Part shown: piece after piece, positions 19,027 to 27,680 of the stretch
Layout of the letters: each line of letters opens with the position of its first letter
How positions within the stretch are numbered: position 1 is the first letter of the stretch
Source of the DNA: a virus
Virus record (IMG/VR): IMGVR_UViG_3300049811_000081
Span: 32,001 to 96,000 of that record
Direction: 5' to 3' (one strand)
DNA length: 64,000 nucleotides
The notes under the pieces: model-generated
What the model was told of the DNA's origin: nothing
Seen by the model: only the letters and a program-made list of their open reading frames with translations
The model's database searches: none
Translations under genes and position numbers: made by a program

Positions 19027-19587
19027 CTAAACCAATTTATTTTCAAACAAAAGATCCAGATATTCAATCATTTCGTGACACCAGTGAATTGACGGAGGAG
19101 TTTCTCCACAAATTCCTTTTATGAACTTGGAGTTTTCGTTCCTATAACCCTCAAACATTCTGCTTTTAGTCAGCTTACTGTACTGGACATTTGCTATCCT
19201 GTCACAGAGTTTGACAAAATCTGCACATGGAGTATTTCGAATACCCTCATAATATTTCTCATTCGCCTTTTCAGCTCTTGTTTTACCCTTTTCATTCGTT
19301 ACTGCGTATATCATATCAGCAACATCATCACCCAATTTTCTTTTTACGTCGTTATAACTTTTCCTGCAATCCTCAATTAGGTCGTGACCCCAACACGCCA
19401 TCTCGACCCTATCACGTAAACTACCGTAGGATAAATTTAGGGTATTACCAATAATTAAATGTTGAAATTGTTTAAAATTTTCAACAACCATCCTTAAATG
19501 GAATTCATACGGGAGATAATCATCGTAAAAATGATTGGTGTTTCTGTGTTGGTCAATACACCATTGGATGTTTTCTACCTTATTCAT
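19027..19587 (-). CDS. HD-domain hydrolase, SpoT/Mesh1-like (putative alarmone hydrolase)
   Basis: PYxxHL, HDLIED, AVTN and VKLCDRxxN motifs; start moved to ATG 19587. Confidence 0.8.
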   Translation of the reverse strand: MNKVENIQWCIDQHRNTNHFYDDYLPYEFHLRMVVENFKQFQHLIIGNTLNLSYGSLRDRVEMACWGHDLIEDCRKSYNDVKRKLGDDVADMIYAVTNEKGKTRAEKANEKYYEGIRNTPCADFVKLCDRIANVQYSKLTKSRMFEGYRNENSKFIKGICGETPPSIHWCHEMIEYLDLLFENKLV

Positions 19588-19603
19588 AAAAAATGTTTGT
19601 ATA

Positions 19604-19611
19604 CAAATATA
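19604..19611 (-). promoter_or_regulatory. Bacteroidota-type -7 promoter element TATATTTG
   Basis: Matches TAnnTTTG upstream of the HD gene. Confidence 0.55.
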
Positions 19612-19640
19612 CATATTTTATCTGATATAAAAAATATTTT

Positions 19641-19946
19641 TTAGTCCCCACCACACGAACTACACGAACTGCAAGAGGATCCTCCACTATCCTCACCACC
19701 AAAAGAACCTCCGGCACCTCCTCCACCAAAATCTCCTCCCCCAAAATTTGTATCACGGGATGATAAATCCGAACTCATAAATCCCGAACTATGATCATAT
19801 GAACCACCGTATTTATCGTTTCTTGATGAAACATACCCACCCCTATTTTTTTTGTTCCTTCTTTTGGATCTGTTGGCCAAAAAATAAAAGATACCAATTA
19901 AAGATAAGGTTAGTAAAATAATCGACATAAATTGAATTATAGTCAT
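19641..19946 (-). CDS. Membrane protein with Gly/Ser-rich, Cys-containing tail (TIGR04222-like tail)
   Basis: TM helix then FGGGDFGGGGAGG...SSCSSCSSCGGD. Confidence 0.65.
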   Translation of the reverse strand: MTIIQFMSIILLTLSLIGIFYFLANRSKRRNKKNRGGYVSSRNDKYGGSYDHSSGFMSSDLSSRDTNFGGGDFGGGGAGGSFGGEDSGGSSCSSCSSCGGD

Positions 19947-20407
19947 AACAGATGTTTTATTTCGTCAATTAATACTTTGATTATTGATTTGATGTCTCCG
20001 ATTGGAATAACCCAATATTTTTTTAAATCAACGATAAGATTATTTTGTTCGTACCACCTTGTCCATATATGTCTTGGAGCTTCTTGTTTAAAGTTTTTTT
20101 TATATAATTCTAATGTTGAGACGTAATCGTATATTTTGGTTTCCCTTTTGTCTGTGGGAACATGATGTATAAATTTTTTAAAAACGGTATCACACATTTT
20201 CTTATAGTCTTTCGTAAAAAGAAGATGTGTGTGCCAAACCCTGTCAATGGGTGGTGAGGGAGATACATTAGACATAGACGCTAAAAATAAAAATTTCTTA
20301 TACTCATCAATAACCTCCGTGGCGTATTCGATACTCCACCAATTTTCTTTCATAATTCTAGAAAGAAACAGGTCATGATTTTCTACCAATTTAAAATCAA
20401 AATTCAT
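19943..20407 (-). CDS. Glycine-rich-domain-protein-like (DUF1399/GRDP) domain
   Basis: EYKKFLFL...PSxxIDxVWHxHLL...FIHHxP...YxxTLxxY. Confidence 0.75.
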   Translation of the reverse strand: MNFDFKLVENHDLFLSRIMKENWWSIEYATEVIDEYKKFLFLASMSNVSPSPPIDRVWHTHLLFTKDYKKMCDTVFKKFIHHVPTDKRETKIYDYVSTLELYKKNFKQEAPRHIWTRWYEQNNLIVDLKKYWVIPIGDIKSIIKVLIDEIKHLL

Positions 20408-20414
20408 GTATTAA

Positions 20415-20720
20415 TTAATTTACGTTTTTATGTGTATGAATGAACATTTTGATTTTAAGTGAAACCCTATTCAATTCCTCAAAAACATCGGGATCATCAT
20501 TTTTCAAATTTTGTAACTCATCATCCCTGACTTTCCTTAAAGATAAATTCTCACAATCAAAATTTGGTTTATAGAACGATAGAATTTCCCCACAACTTGC
20601 ACAAATCGAAAAATCACCGTTTTTTGGGACTTCTTCACCACCATCAGCGGGTGTTGCACCACTTAAATTGTCCCCACAAGTAGGACATAAAATTTCATAA
20701 GAAAATATTGTCGTTTTCAT
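20415..20720 (-). CDS. Zinc-finger protein
   Basis: CPTC...CASC. Confidence 0.65.
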   Translation of the reverse strand: MKTTIFSYEILCPTCGDNLSGATPADGGEEVPKNGDFSICASCGEILSFYKPNFDCENLSLRKVRDDELQNLKNDDPDVFEELNRVSLKIKMFIHTHKNVN

Positions 20721-20802
20721 ATAAATTAATTTCCACTAAGATATGGAGTTTTATTGATTTTACAAAAAAAAATGAATAATATTTATAATAAAATACTATA
20801 TT

Positions 20803-21129
20803 ATGAAAAGAAATTTTTGGATTGAAAAGGTAATTCCTATCGGTATTGCGATACTAATCGTTGTTGTTTTGGTTAAAAATCTAATGGATCCCACATCTAC
20901 AATTGGGTGGGAGTATGAAAGAACCAGTTTATTTAATAAGGTATTAGGGGGTGTGTTTTTAAGCATGGTACCTCTTATCTTTATTACGGGAGATAGGTGG
21001 CATGTTGTTAAAAACAACCACAATTTTGATTTAATGATAAAACTATTGATGGTTGCAATCTCTCTCGTATTGTTCTTTTTTGCTTCCGTTGGTTGGTCAT
21101 ATGATCATTTACACAACCCGTATCTATGA
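20803..21129 (+). CDS. Membrane protein (3 TM)
   Basis: Hydrophobic helices; preceded by TATTTATA. Confidence 0.65.
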   Translation: MKRNFWIEKVIPIGIAILIVVVLVKNLMDPTSTIGWEYERTSLFNKVLGGVFLSMVPLIFITGDRWHVVKNNHNFDLMIKLLMVAISLVLFFFASVGWSYDHLHNPYL

Positions 21130-21629
21130 TTTATTTTATACCGAAGAATTGGCATAATTCAATACGATTACCGTCGTTAAAGAGAGGTCATTCATTATCA
21201 AAAAAGGTAATTCTTGATAACACCTGCAAGTATAAATTCGATACTGTTGACGATTTGGATTGGAATAAATTAATTGGTTATACGTTTAATTTTTCCGGTG
21301 TCCATCGAAACAGTTTAAGGATTGGTTGGCGATATAATTCATTGAAAGATATTTTCGAACTATCTGTTTACTATTATTTAAATGGTGTGAAATACTTTAA
21401 CATGAACCCTCAATTTGAGGTTGGGTCGGATAAAATGTTTCATGTTAAGTTTGTTCCAAACTATACGGAAAGATATATTGATGTTTTAATCGATAACAAA
21501 ACGATATATAATTTACCTATTCCTGAAAACATAAAGTTTTCTAAAAAAAGTTGGGGTTGGAAATTATTTCCGTATTTTGGTGGAAATAGAAAGTCTCCAC
21601 ATTTGATGAGAGTTGAGATAAAAAAATAA
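21126..21629 (+). CDS. Hypothetical beta-rich protein (possible ConA/lyase-like fold)
   Basis: DWNKLxG...SxRIGWR...PYFGG. Confidence 0.6.
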   Translation: MIYFIPKNWHNSIRLPSLKRGHSLSKKVILDNTCKYKFDTVDDLDWNKLIGYTFNFSGVHRNSLRIGWRYNSLKDIFELSVYYYLNGVKYFNMNPQFEVGSDKMFHVKFVPNYTERYIDVLIDNKTIYNLPIPENIKFSKKSWGWKLFPYFGGNRKSPHLMRVEIKK

Positions 21630-21652
21630 ACCACCGATTGGTGGTTTATTTT
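21623..21652. terminator. Bidirectional intrinsic terminator
   Basis: 13-bp inverted repeat AAAATAAACCACC/GGTGGTTTATTTT between converging genes. Confidence 0.8.
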
Positions 21653-21680
21653 ATTTGTTTAACATCAAGGAGGGTAAAAA

Positions 21681-21944
21681 TTAAATCGCTTCTATCTTGT
21701 TCCCAACAATAAAAGTTGATGTTCCGTTATTTTCATCAAAATTAACAAGATAACATTCGTATCCTGACACATTCATTCCTCCCACTACGGTTCCCTCAGA
21801 AAGAAGATCATGAACATCTCCATCTTCTTTCATTACCTTTCTAACTCGCTGACCTTCTCGATGAGTTACTCCATCAAAATTTTTCATTTCAGAAAAAAGT
21901 TTTTCAAACTCTTCTTTGGTGATTTTGTTTAATCCTACTTTCAT
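21681..21944 (-). CDS. Hypothetical protein
   Basis: ORF track. Confidence 0.6.
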   Translation of the reverse strand: MKVGLNKITKEEFEKLFSEMKNFDGVTHREGQRVRKVMKEDGDVHDLLSEGTVVGGMNVSGYECYLVNFDENNGTSTFIVGNKIEAI

Positions 21945-21955
21945 TTCTTTTTATT

Positions 21956-22579
21956 TTATCCGAGTGATTGATGTGTGATTATTCCTTTTTCAACATGAAA
22001 ATTCAGCCTTTCTCTGTTAAGGTCTGCGGTTCCCAAATATTTAACACCGTCTTGAACCATAATTCGGAAGTCAACATCATAGGTGTTTAATATTCTTGTG
22101 AGATCCTTAATTTTTTTCCCAACATGATTTTCACTAATTAGTTGAAACCTTTTAAAATTTTTAAAATCATCATTGGTTTTCTTGATGTCTTCTCCACCAT
22201 ATTTTAATTTTAGTTCTTCATACAATTTCCTTTCATTCTCTTCAATTGTTCTTTTCTTTTTTTCCGCAGCTTCTTTCCTTTTTTTCTTTAGTTCATTTTC
22301 TTTTTTTATTCTGGTGTTGTATTCATCGTCGGTTTCTTCTTTATAACAAACCAATCTAATTTCGTATTCATCAAATGAACGCGTATGCTCAACCTCTATT
22401 TTTTTATAATCTTCTATTGGTGTTAATTTGTTCTTAAAATAATTTTCATGTTCGGTGATCGCTTTCGCAATGGTTTGTCTTAGATTGGTTAATCTTTCGA
22501 TAATGAGATCCACATCACCACTTAAAATGTCATCAATATAGACATTTGGCGCGTCTTTTATTTCAATCAGTTTCTTCAT
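21956..22579 (-). CDS. Two-part protein: paralog of 2459..2821 plus a C-terminal I78-inhibitor-like segment
   Basis: KLYEELKLKYG; C-terminal VGK...TADLNRERLNFHVEKGII. Confidence 0.6.
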   Translation of the reverse strand: MKKLIEIKDAPNVYIDDILSGDVDLIIERLTNLRQTIAKAITEHENYFKNKLTPIEDYKKIEVEHTRSFDEYEIRLVCYKEETDDEYNTRIKKENELKKKRKEAAEKKKRTIEENERKLYEELKLKYGGEDIKKTNDDFKNFKRFQLISENHVGKKIKDLTRILNTYDVDFRIMVQDGVKYLGTADLNRERLNFHVEKGIITHQSLG

Positions 22580-23915
22580 TTTTTTTATTTCTTTTATATA
22601 AACTATTACCCGCCATTATACAACCATAAGGAACAATTTCATCCTCTATGATCGCTAATTTATATTTGGTGATCTGATTTTTCACTTGTTCCGCATTTTT
22701 GTATGCGGAAGGTAATTCAGATAAGTCAGGATTATCAAAATAAAATCTGACATCTAACCCCTTAGTTTCTTCTTCAATATTGATTTCCTTTTTAAGGAAC
22801 TTACTTCTGGATAAATTACGTCCAGCACCATGAGGAGCAAACCCCAATGGATTTTCGGGGTGATTAGATACCACCAATACAGGTTGTGACATGTTTAATG
22901 GTATTAACCTTAATCCTGTATTGTTGTCAGGTATCATATCCATCATTGGTGTCGATCCCTTTGCATGATAAAATAAATTGTCTTGTTTAAAAACAAAATT
23001 ATGTTCGTTCCAAAAATGGAGATCAGAAACATATTTTACTTTTTCACGTATTCCAAAGTGTAAAACTTCGTGGTTAAGTTTTGTCCATTCTCTCACAATT
23101 TGCAACGCTTCCCAATATTCAACACCATCTTCGGTATCGTATGGGATCCAGGCATTAATAGAAGGTAGAGATGGGCACAATCTTTTTCTCCACTTTTCAG
23201 CACACATCATCCCTGCTTTATATAACTCAGCCCCCAACCCCCTACTACCGTGATGCGTCACTAAACAGGTTTCACCCGTACTCTTAGACGTTCCAACAAA
23301 TGAAAAGTGGTTTCCATCCCCTTGGGTTCCGAGATGGGTAATGGCCATAGCTTTCGCCTTATCACTAAAAAACCTATTTTTATTAATTCGGTCTAATAAC
23401 TCTTTAGGGGGAACAAATTTATGTGGCGCCTTTCTTTTACCAGCACCAAAATCGGTTAACCTATGAACAATATCCAATATTCTTTTAGGATCGTTACTAC
23501 CATATCCTGTTATCATAACCGAACAACATATGTCGGCACTATGCATCGCGGGATGAATGGCGTTATCGGTAATAACAACACCACCTACAGGGATGTGTCC
23601 AATAGGACCGGCAGGGCATGCGTCTGGCATGATTGCACCCTTATAAACGGTTGGTGTTTTCATCACAACATCCATCGTTTCTTCTACCGAAATAAGGTTC
23701 ACCAATTCTTCCTCAGATTCAGCATCTATGAACTTATCATAAGTTAATGCCTCTTCCTTTGGTACTAACACATTATACTTAGGTATGAAGAGTTCGATGA
23801 TCTCTTTTACATTATCAGAGTTTATCGCGTCAGGATGGTCATTGAAGTATTCAATGACCTCCCCAAACCATGCTGCTGGTTTATACCCCATCGCTATCAA
23901 ATCCTTTCCTGTCAT
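22563..23915 (-). CDS. rtcB: RtcB-family RNA ligase
   Basis: MPDAC, PVGG, DICC, GTxGxGNHF, HHGSRG, EHN, HxKG, HGAGR and ExPSAYK motifs. Confidence 0.93.
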   Translation of the reverse strand: MTGKDLIAMGYKPAAWFGEVIEYFNDHPDAINSDNVKEIIELFIPKYNVLVPKEEALTYDKFIDAESEEELVNLISVEETMDVVMKTPTVYKGAIMPDACPAGPIGHIPVGGVVITDNAIHPAMHSADICCSVMITGYGSNDPKRILDIVHRLTDFGAGKRKAPHKFVPPKELLDRINKNRFFSDKAKAMAITHLGTQGDGNHFSFVGTSKSTGETCLVTHHGSRGLGAELYKAGMMCAEKWRKRLCPSLPSINAWIPYDTEDGVEYWEALQIVREWTKLNHEVLHFGIREKVKYVSDLHFWNEHNFVFKQDNLFYHAKGSTPMMDMIPDNNTGLRLIPLNMSQPVLVVSNHPENPLGFAPHGAGRNLSRSKFLKKEINIEEETKGLDVRFYFDNPDLSELPSAYKNAEQVKNQITKYKLAIIEDEIVPYGCIMAGNSLYKRNKKNEETD

Positions 23916-23916
23916 T

Positions 23917-24504
23917 TTATTTCATTTTTCTAAAAGACGACTTTAAATCAAATCCGTGTGATTGGATTTTTTCTTTATCAGTCATGTTATTTTCAATATT
24001 ATCTTTTGGGGATAACCAGTCAGATAATTTAAGATAGATTTCTTGCGGAGACATTTGCCTATTAAACCCAATCTTATCCAATTGGGGAAACGGGTAAATT
24101 CGATCATGTACCTGTAATAAAATAGGGATGTTATATTTCTCGTTGAAATTAGTTTTTCTCGGACCGAGATATACATTCATATAACTACTATTAAGACCTC
24201 CATCTTTAATAATAACATATTTCTCGTTTGTTCTATAATGGTTTTTAACATCCATAATTTTTTCCAACTCTTGACACCAGAAAGTTTTATTTTCTTTGTG
24301 TAAATAAACTCCACCATATGAAATACCACACAGGTGTAATGTCAGACCATAATTAAAATGTGATGATAACATGTGGGTATCAAATTTGAAAATAGGATAT
24401 TCATACGTCCCCGAATATCTTCTATCGAGCACAATTTTATCATCTACCCCATAGACCCCAGAGAGGTAATCATAGTAGTCTTTATATTTTGAAATAATTT
24501 TCAT
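23917..24504 (-). CDS. Conserved-looking phage protein (KDYYD...HGFDxKxSFR)
   Basis: ORF tightly coupled between NADAR and rtcB. Confidence 0.7.
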   Translation of the reverse strand: MKIISKYKDYYDYLSGVYGVDDKIVLDRRYSGTYEYPIFKFDTHMLSSHFNYGLTLHLCGISYGGVYLHKENKTFWCQELEKIMDVKNHYRTNEKYVIIKDGGLNSSYMNVYLGPRKTNFNEKYNIPILLQVHDRIYPFPQLDKIGFNRQMSPQEIYLKLSDWLSPKDNIENNMTDKEKIQSHGFDLKSSFRKMK

Positions 24505-24974
24505 CTCAGTTCATGTTTTAATAAGGTCAATACCCAACCCAACAAATTCTGTCCTCTCCAATTTTTAGGGTCTTTAATGAGTTCATTATCTTCCCTCAAT
24601 CCAATACCCCATATTCTATCATATGGAGACGCCTCAACCAATATCTTGTCACCAGTTGCAAGTAGTGTCTCTTTTAGTTTCGGGTTCTGTGTGAATTTTT
24701 CATAATTTCCTTTGTAAACTATTTGAAAATTCTTTTCTCCCCATATTTTTTCATCGAAATTTTTAACTCTCCGACCGAGCATTTTTTGAACTTTCGGATC
24801 TTTACTTTGCATAATGAGGTCAGCCATCTCACTATCACCAAAAATAATAGATTTCCTATACATCATGTATTGTTCACAACATTTGAATTTCAATCCCTCA
24901 GTTTCAAATTCTGATGGATACCATTGCGAGAATGGACCATTCCAAAAAAATTCATATTTCTGATTTGAATTCAT
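24501..24974 (-). CDS. NADAR/YbiA family protein
   Basis: FSQWY, EQYMM, KFTQN, LVEASPYDRIWGIG and GxNLLG motifs. Confidence 0.92.
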   Translation of the reverse strand: MNSNQKYEFFWNGPFSQWYPSEFETEGLKFKCCEQYMMYRKSIIFGDSEMADLIMQSKDPKVQKMLGRRVKNFDEKIWGEKNFQIVYKGNYEKFTQNPKLKETLLATGDKILVEASPYDRIWGIGLREDNELIKDPKNWRGQNLLGWVLTLLKHELR

Positions 24975-25146
24975 TGTTGTTTATGATTTCAAGTTTTTCT
25001 TTTCTATTGGCTAATTTCTTACTGTTACCAATCCTTTTATGGGGGGAACATAAACCGCACTTGGGTAGATTACATTTATCCCCCGAATGGTTCTTTCTCT
25101 TCTTTTTCCACTTTTTTGTAAAGTGTCTGTTTTCTGACTTACTCAT
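24952..25146 (-). CDS. Small basic Cys-rich protein
   Basis: CNLPKCGLCSPHKRIGN; start moved to ATG 25146. Confidence 0.6.
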   Translation of the reverse strand: MSKSENRHFTKKWKKKRKNHSGDKCNLPKCGLCSPHKRIGNSKKLANRKEKLEIINNNEFKSEI

Positions 25147-25418
25147 ATGATTAAATATGACCCCGTTACCGTTTCTCCATCCCAACCAAGATCTTCATCG
25201 ATTTCACACAATGTCGTTTGTTTAAAAGACCACCCTTCCTCCCAAGAGATTTCACCGTCCTCACTACCAACCTTTATGATACCATCCTTAATTTGACCTA
25301 CAATCACTTTAAGGGGTATTGAGCCAGCAAGCATTCTGGTAACGACATCACCCACTTTTATTTCTTTCCCCACATTACGGTTAACCACAATTTCAGCCAA
25401 TTTTATATCCCTTTTCAT
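25143..25418 (-). CDS. Hypothetical protein
   Basis: ORF in packed run. Confidence 0.6.
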   Translation of the reverse strand: MKRDIKLAEIVVNRNVGKEIKVGDVVTRMLAGSIPLKVIVGQIKDGIIKVGSEDGEISWEEGWSFKQTTLCEIDEDLGWDGETVTGSYLII

Positions 25419-25596
25419 ACTTACGTTTTACACGTTTGATGAACAATCTATTTTTATCCATGACGTAAAATCGTTTGTGTATTTTACCATCACCCATCCC
25501 ATCACGCAAAATAGAAATTATTCTATTATAAAGTTCAAGTCTATAAGACTTTATTCTTAAAAACTTCGGTTTTTTTCTATTTGTTAGATACCCCAT
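25393..25596 (-). CDS. Hypothetical basic protein
   Basis: ORF in packed run. Confidence 0.5.
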   Translation of the reverse strand: MGYLTNRKKPKFLRIKSYRLELYNRIISILRDGMGDGKIHKRFYVMDKNRLFIKRVKRKYEKGYKIG

Positions 25597-26068
25597 TATT
25601 TTTGATCATTTCAATCAACTCTTCCTTGGTTTTCTCTTTTAGAGTATCAACAGATAAATCACCCGTTAACCTTATTTCACTAATTTCGGATTTGATTTTT
25701 TCCCTCAGTAACGATGTGAGTTCATATGGGATTTGTTTACTGGAACTATCTGACGTAATAAATTCACCAACAGCTCCGCCAGCAACAATAATCAACGCAT
25801 CTTTTTTAGTGGGGATGAAAATATACCCCATCCATGATATAAAGGAAAAGATTGTGAACCATATAAAAAGTTTTCTAAAATTCGTTCCCCAATACTGTAC
25901 TGATTGTTTCTCCTTATCGGTGGGTCTTTCTGACATGGACATATGTGTAAGCACATAGACAACAAATGAGACAATACAAAGAATTGTAAACGCATTTGAC
26001 GTAAAATCAAAAAAACGTTTAACGTTGTCAGCAACTGAAATCCAATAAAAAATCTGATACCAATTCAT
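25577..26068 (-). CDS. Membrane protein
   Basis: TM helices, FIPTKK motif; start moved to ATG 26068. Confidence 0.65.
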   Translation of the reverse strand: MNWYQIFYWISVADNVKRFFDFTSNAFTILCIVSFVVYVLTHMSMSERPTDKEKQSVQYWGTNFRKLFIWFTIFSFISWMGYIFIPTKKDALIIVAGGAVGEFITSDSSSKQIPYELTSLLREKIKSEISEIRLTGDLSVDTLKEKTKEELIEMIKNNGVSNK

Positions 26069-26091
26069 AATATTTGTTTTTATGTAAAAAA

Positions 26092-26529
26092 TTAAATACA
26101 CATTTGTTTCAGTTCTTCCCAAGTCGGTTTAGTTCCTTCCGGAACAAAAAATTCCCAACCATTATCAAAGATTTCTCTTTGTGTAAATACCCAATTGGGA
26201 TCGGTATCGTCAACATATTTTAAAACGGGTTTATTGTCAACCATGTGAAGATACCCACTATCAAATTTTCCCCCATCAGATTGAAAATGATCACAGGTTG
26301 AGGATTGTGCCAAATATTCGTATTCTGAATTATTCGGATTTTTTTCAACCAACTCTAAATATTTTCTCTTCGCATCATACCAATCCTTTACGAAATTTCC
26401 AGACTTAAATGAAGTTGTTTTACCTCCGTGAAATAAACTCACACCACGATATACCATATCGTTTGATATGACATTTCCATCATCGTCATAATTGTTCCCA
26501 CCCTCGTAATTGATCGATATTACTGCCAT
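26092..26529 (-). CDS. Hypothetical protein
   Basis: ORF directly downstream of the structured RNA; start moved to ATG 26529. Confidence 0.65.
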   Translation of the reverse strand: MAVISINYEGGNNYDDDGNVISNDMVYRGVSLFHGGKTTSFKSGNFVKDWYDAKRKYLELVEKNPNNSEYEYLAQSSTCDHFQSDGGKFDSGYLHMVDNKPVLKYVDDTDPNWVFTQREIFDNGWEFFVPEGTKPTWEELKQMCI

Positions 26530-26546
26530 GATATTTTTTTTAAAAA

Positions 26547-26754
26547 TCAAGATAACAACCGCCTTCTAAGTAGGATACTGTTTTAAGGCTGGTTTGCTAG
26601 GAAATAGCGTCCATAATTTAAGTGCTTTCACTTACCTATCAGTACATTAATCTGAACCACTCACATCTTAGAACTGTGAGGTAATAATTGGGACTCAAAC
26701 CCACATAGTAACTAGCTTATATTACTGTTTAGTATTAATCGGTTGTTATCTCAA
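26547..26754 (-). ncRNA. Candidate structured non-coding RNA (~208 nt), family unrecognised
   Basis: 15-bp terminal helix, several internal hairpins, T-loop-like hairpin, 7-bp loop pseudoknot, upstream promoter and boxA-like sequence. Confidence 0.7.
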
Positions 26755-26798
26755 AGAACTTGAATACAAAGATAAAACATTTATATCAATAAACCAAA
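26751..26798 (-). promoter_or_regulatory. Bacteroidota-type promoter (TTTG-N20-TATCTTTG) followed by boxA-like AGTTCTTTGA
   Basis: -33 at 26795-26798, -7 at 26767-26774, boxA-like at 26751-26760. Confidence 0.7.
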
Positions 26799-26805
26799 TT
26801 TATTT

Positions 26806-27000
26806 TTAGAAAATTCTGTCAATCAAAAGGTAACCCAAAAAAATTGATATCGAGAAATATATGATTACTGTCTGAAATTTACTCATTGGGGTTGCCCAAT
26901 ATGTGTCCTTTAAAAAATTAGGTTCAAAAAGTATATATACTCCTCTCAATAAATAGGAGATCGAACCTAACGCAAAAATGACATTTATTAAGATATTCAT
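26806..27000 (-). CDS. Small 2-TM membrane protein (possible immunity-type partner)
   Basis: Two hydrophobic helices directly after the lipoprotein gene. Confidence 0.55.
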   Translation of the reverse strand: MNILINVIFALGSISYLLRGVYILFEPNFLKDTYWATPMSKFQTVIIYFSISIFLGYLLIDRIF

Positions 27001-27013
27001 AATGATAGATTTT

Positions 27014-27604
27014 TTAATCCCACCATTCGAGACAATCTCCGACTTCATATATCATAATCCCAACAGTAATTACCCCAGCAACCCTTCTACCGATTAATTT
27101 CAACGCACCAATAACTGTTCTTTTAGTTGCACCAGCAACAATGGATTCGTATATACTTTGTATCTCCGTAATTCCAATAAGTGTTCCAACCGCAGTTAGA
27201 AAACAACCGAAATCGTCAATGTCTTTCCTAATGGTTAAATCATTGGTTGTGGTTGGTTTTGTTCTTTGATTATACTTTTCATGTAATCCAAGGAAAACCC
27301 CAACCATAATAACACCTTCGGGATCATCAATATAGTCATTCGTTAAATCAATCCCTTCTGTGTCTTTTACATAGGATCCGATTTTATTTGCCAAATCGAT
27401 AAAAACCTCTTTAGCAAACTCCTTATCCTTATCCATTATGATCTCCTGTAAATCCAATTTTTTGTCATCAAAAATATCCTTGATCGATGTGTGAGTGTTT
27501 TTTGACAACTCCAACTTCCAAGGATTTTTGACTTCAATTTCTTCGTTCTTTTTACAAGAAGAAAATAATGTCAACATCAAAACAAAAACAATCAAATTTT
27601 TCAT
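27014..27604 (-). CDS. Lipoprotein with hydrophobic Cys-flanked C-terminal module (bacteriocin-precursor-like)
   Basis: FSSC-KKNEE lipobox; C-terminal CFLTAVG...AGVITVGIMIYEVGDCL. Confidence 0.6.
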   Translation of the reverse strand: MKNLIVFVLMLTLFSSCKKNEEIEVKNPWKLELSKNTHTSIKDIFDDKKLDLQEIIMDKDKEFAKEVFIDLANKIGSYVKDTEGIDLTNDYIDDPEGVIMVGVFLGLHEKYNQRTKPTTTNDLTIRKDIDDFGCFLTAVGTLIGITEIQSIYESIVAGATKRTVIGALKLIGRRVAGVITVGIMIYEVGDCLEWWD

Positions 27605-27680
27605 AATAAAATTTTGTGGTTTCTCCTACCTTCAGATTATACTCTGTGTCGGAATTTCAGTAAGTTTTCATAATAAAGGA

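Noticed and set aside
26547-26754. tRNA, tmRNA, RNase P RNA, hammerhead or c-di-GMP-I riboswitch
   Set aside because: There is no cloverleaf or terminal T-arm/CCA, and no GAGGAAAGUC. CUGAUAG does not fit the hammerhead core, and the GGACGC/GCAAACC elements are in reverse order to the GEMM motif.
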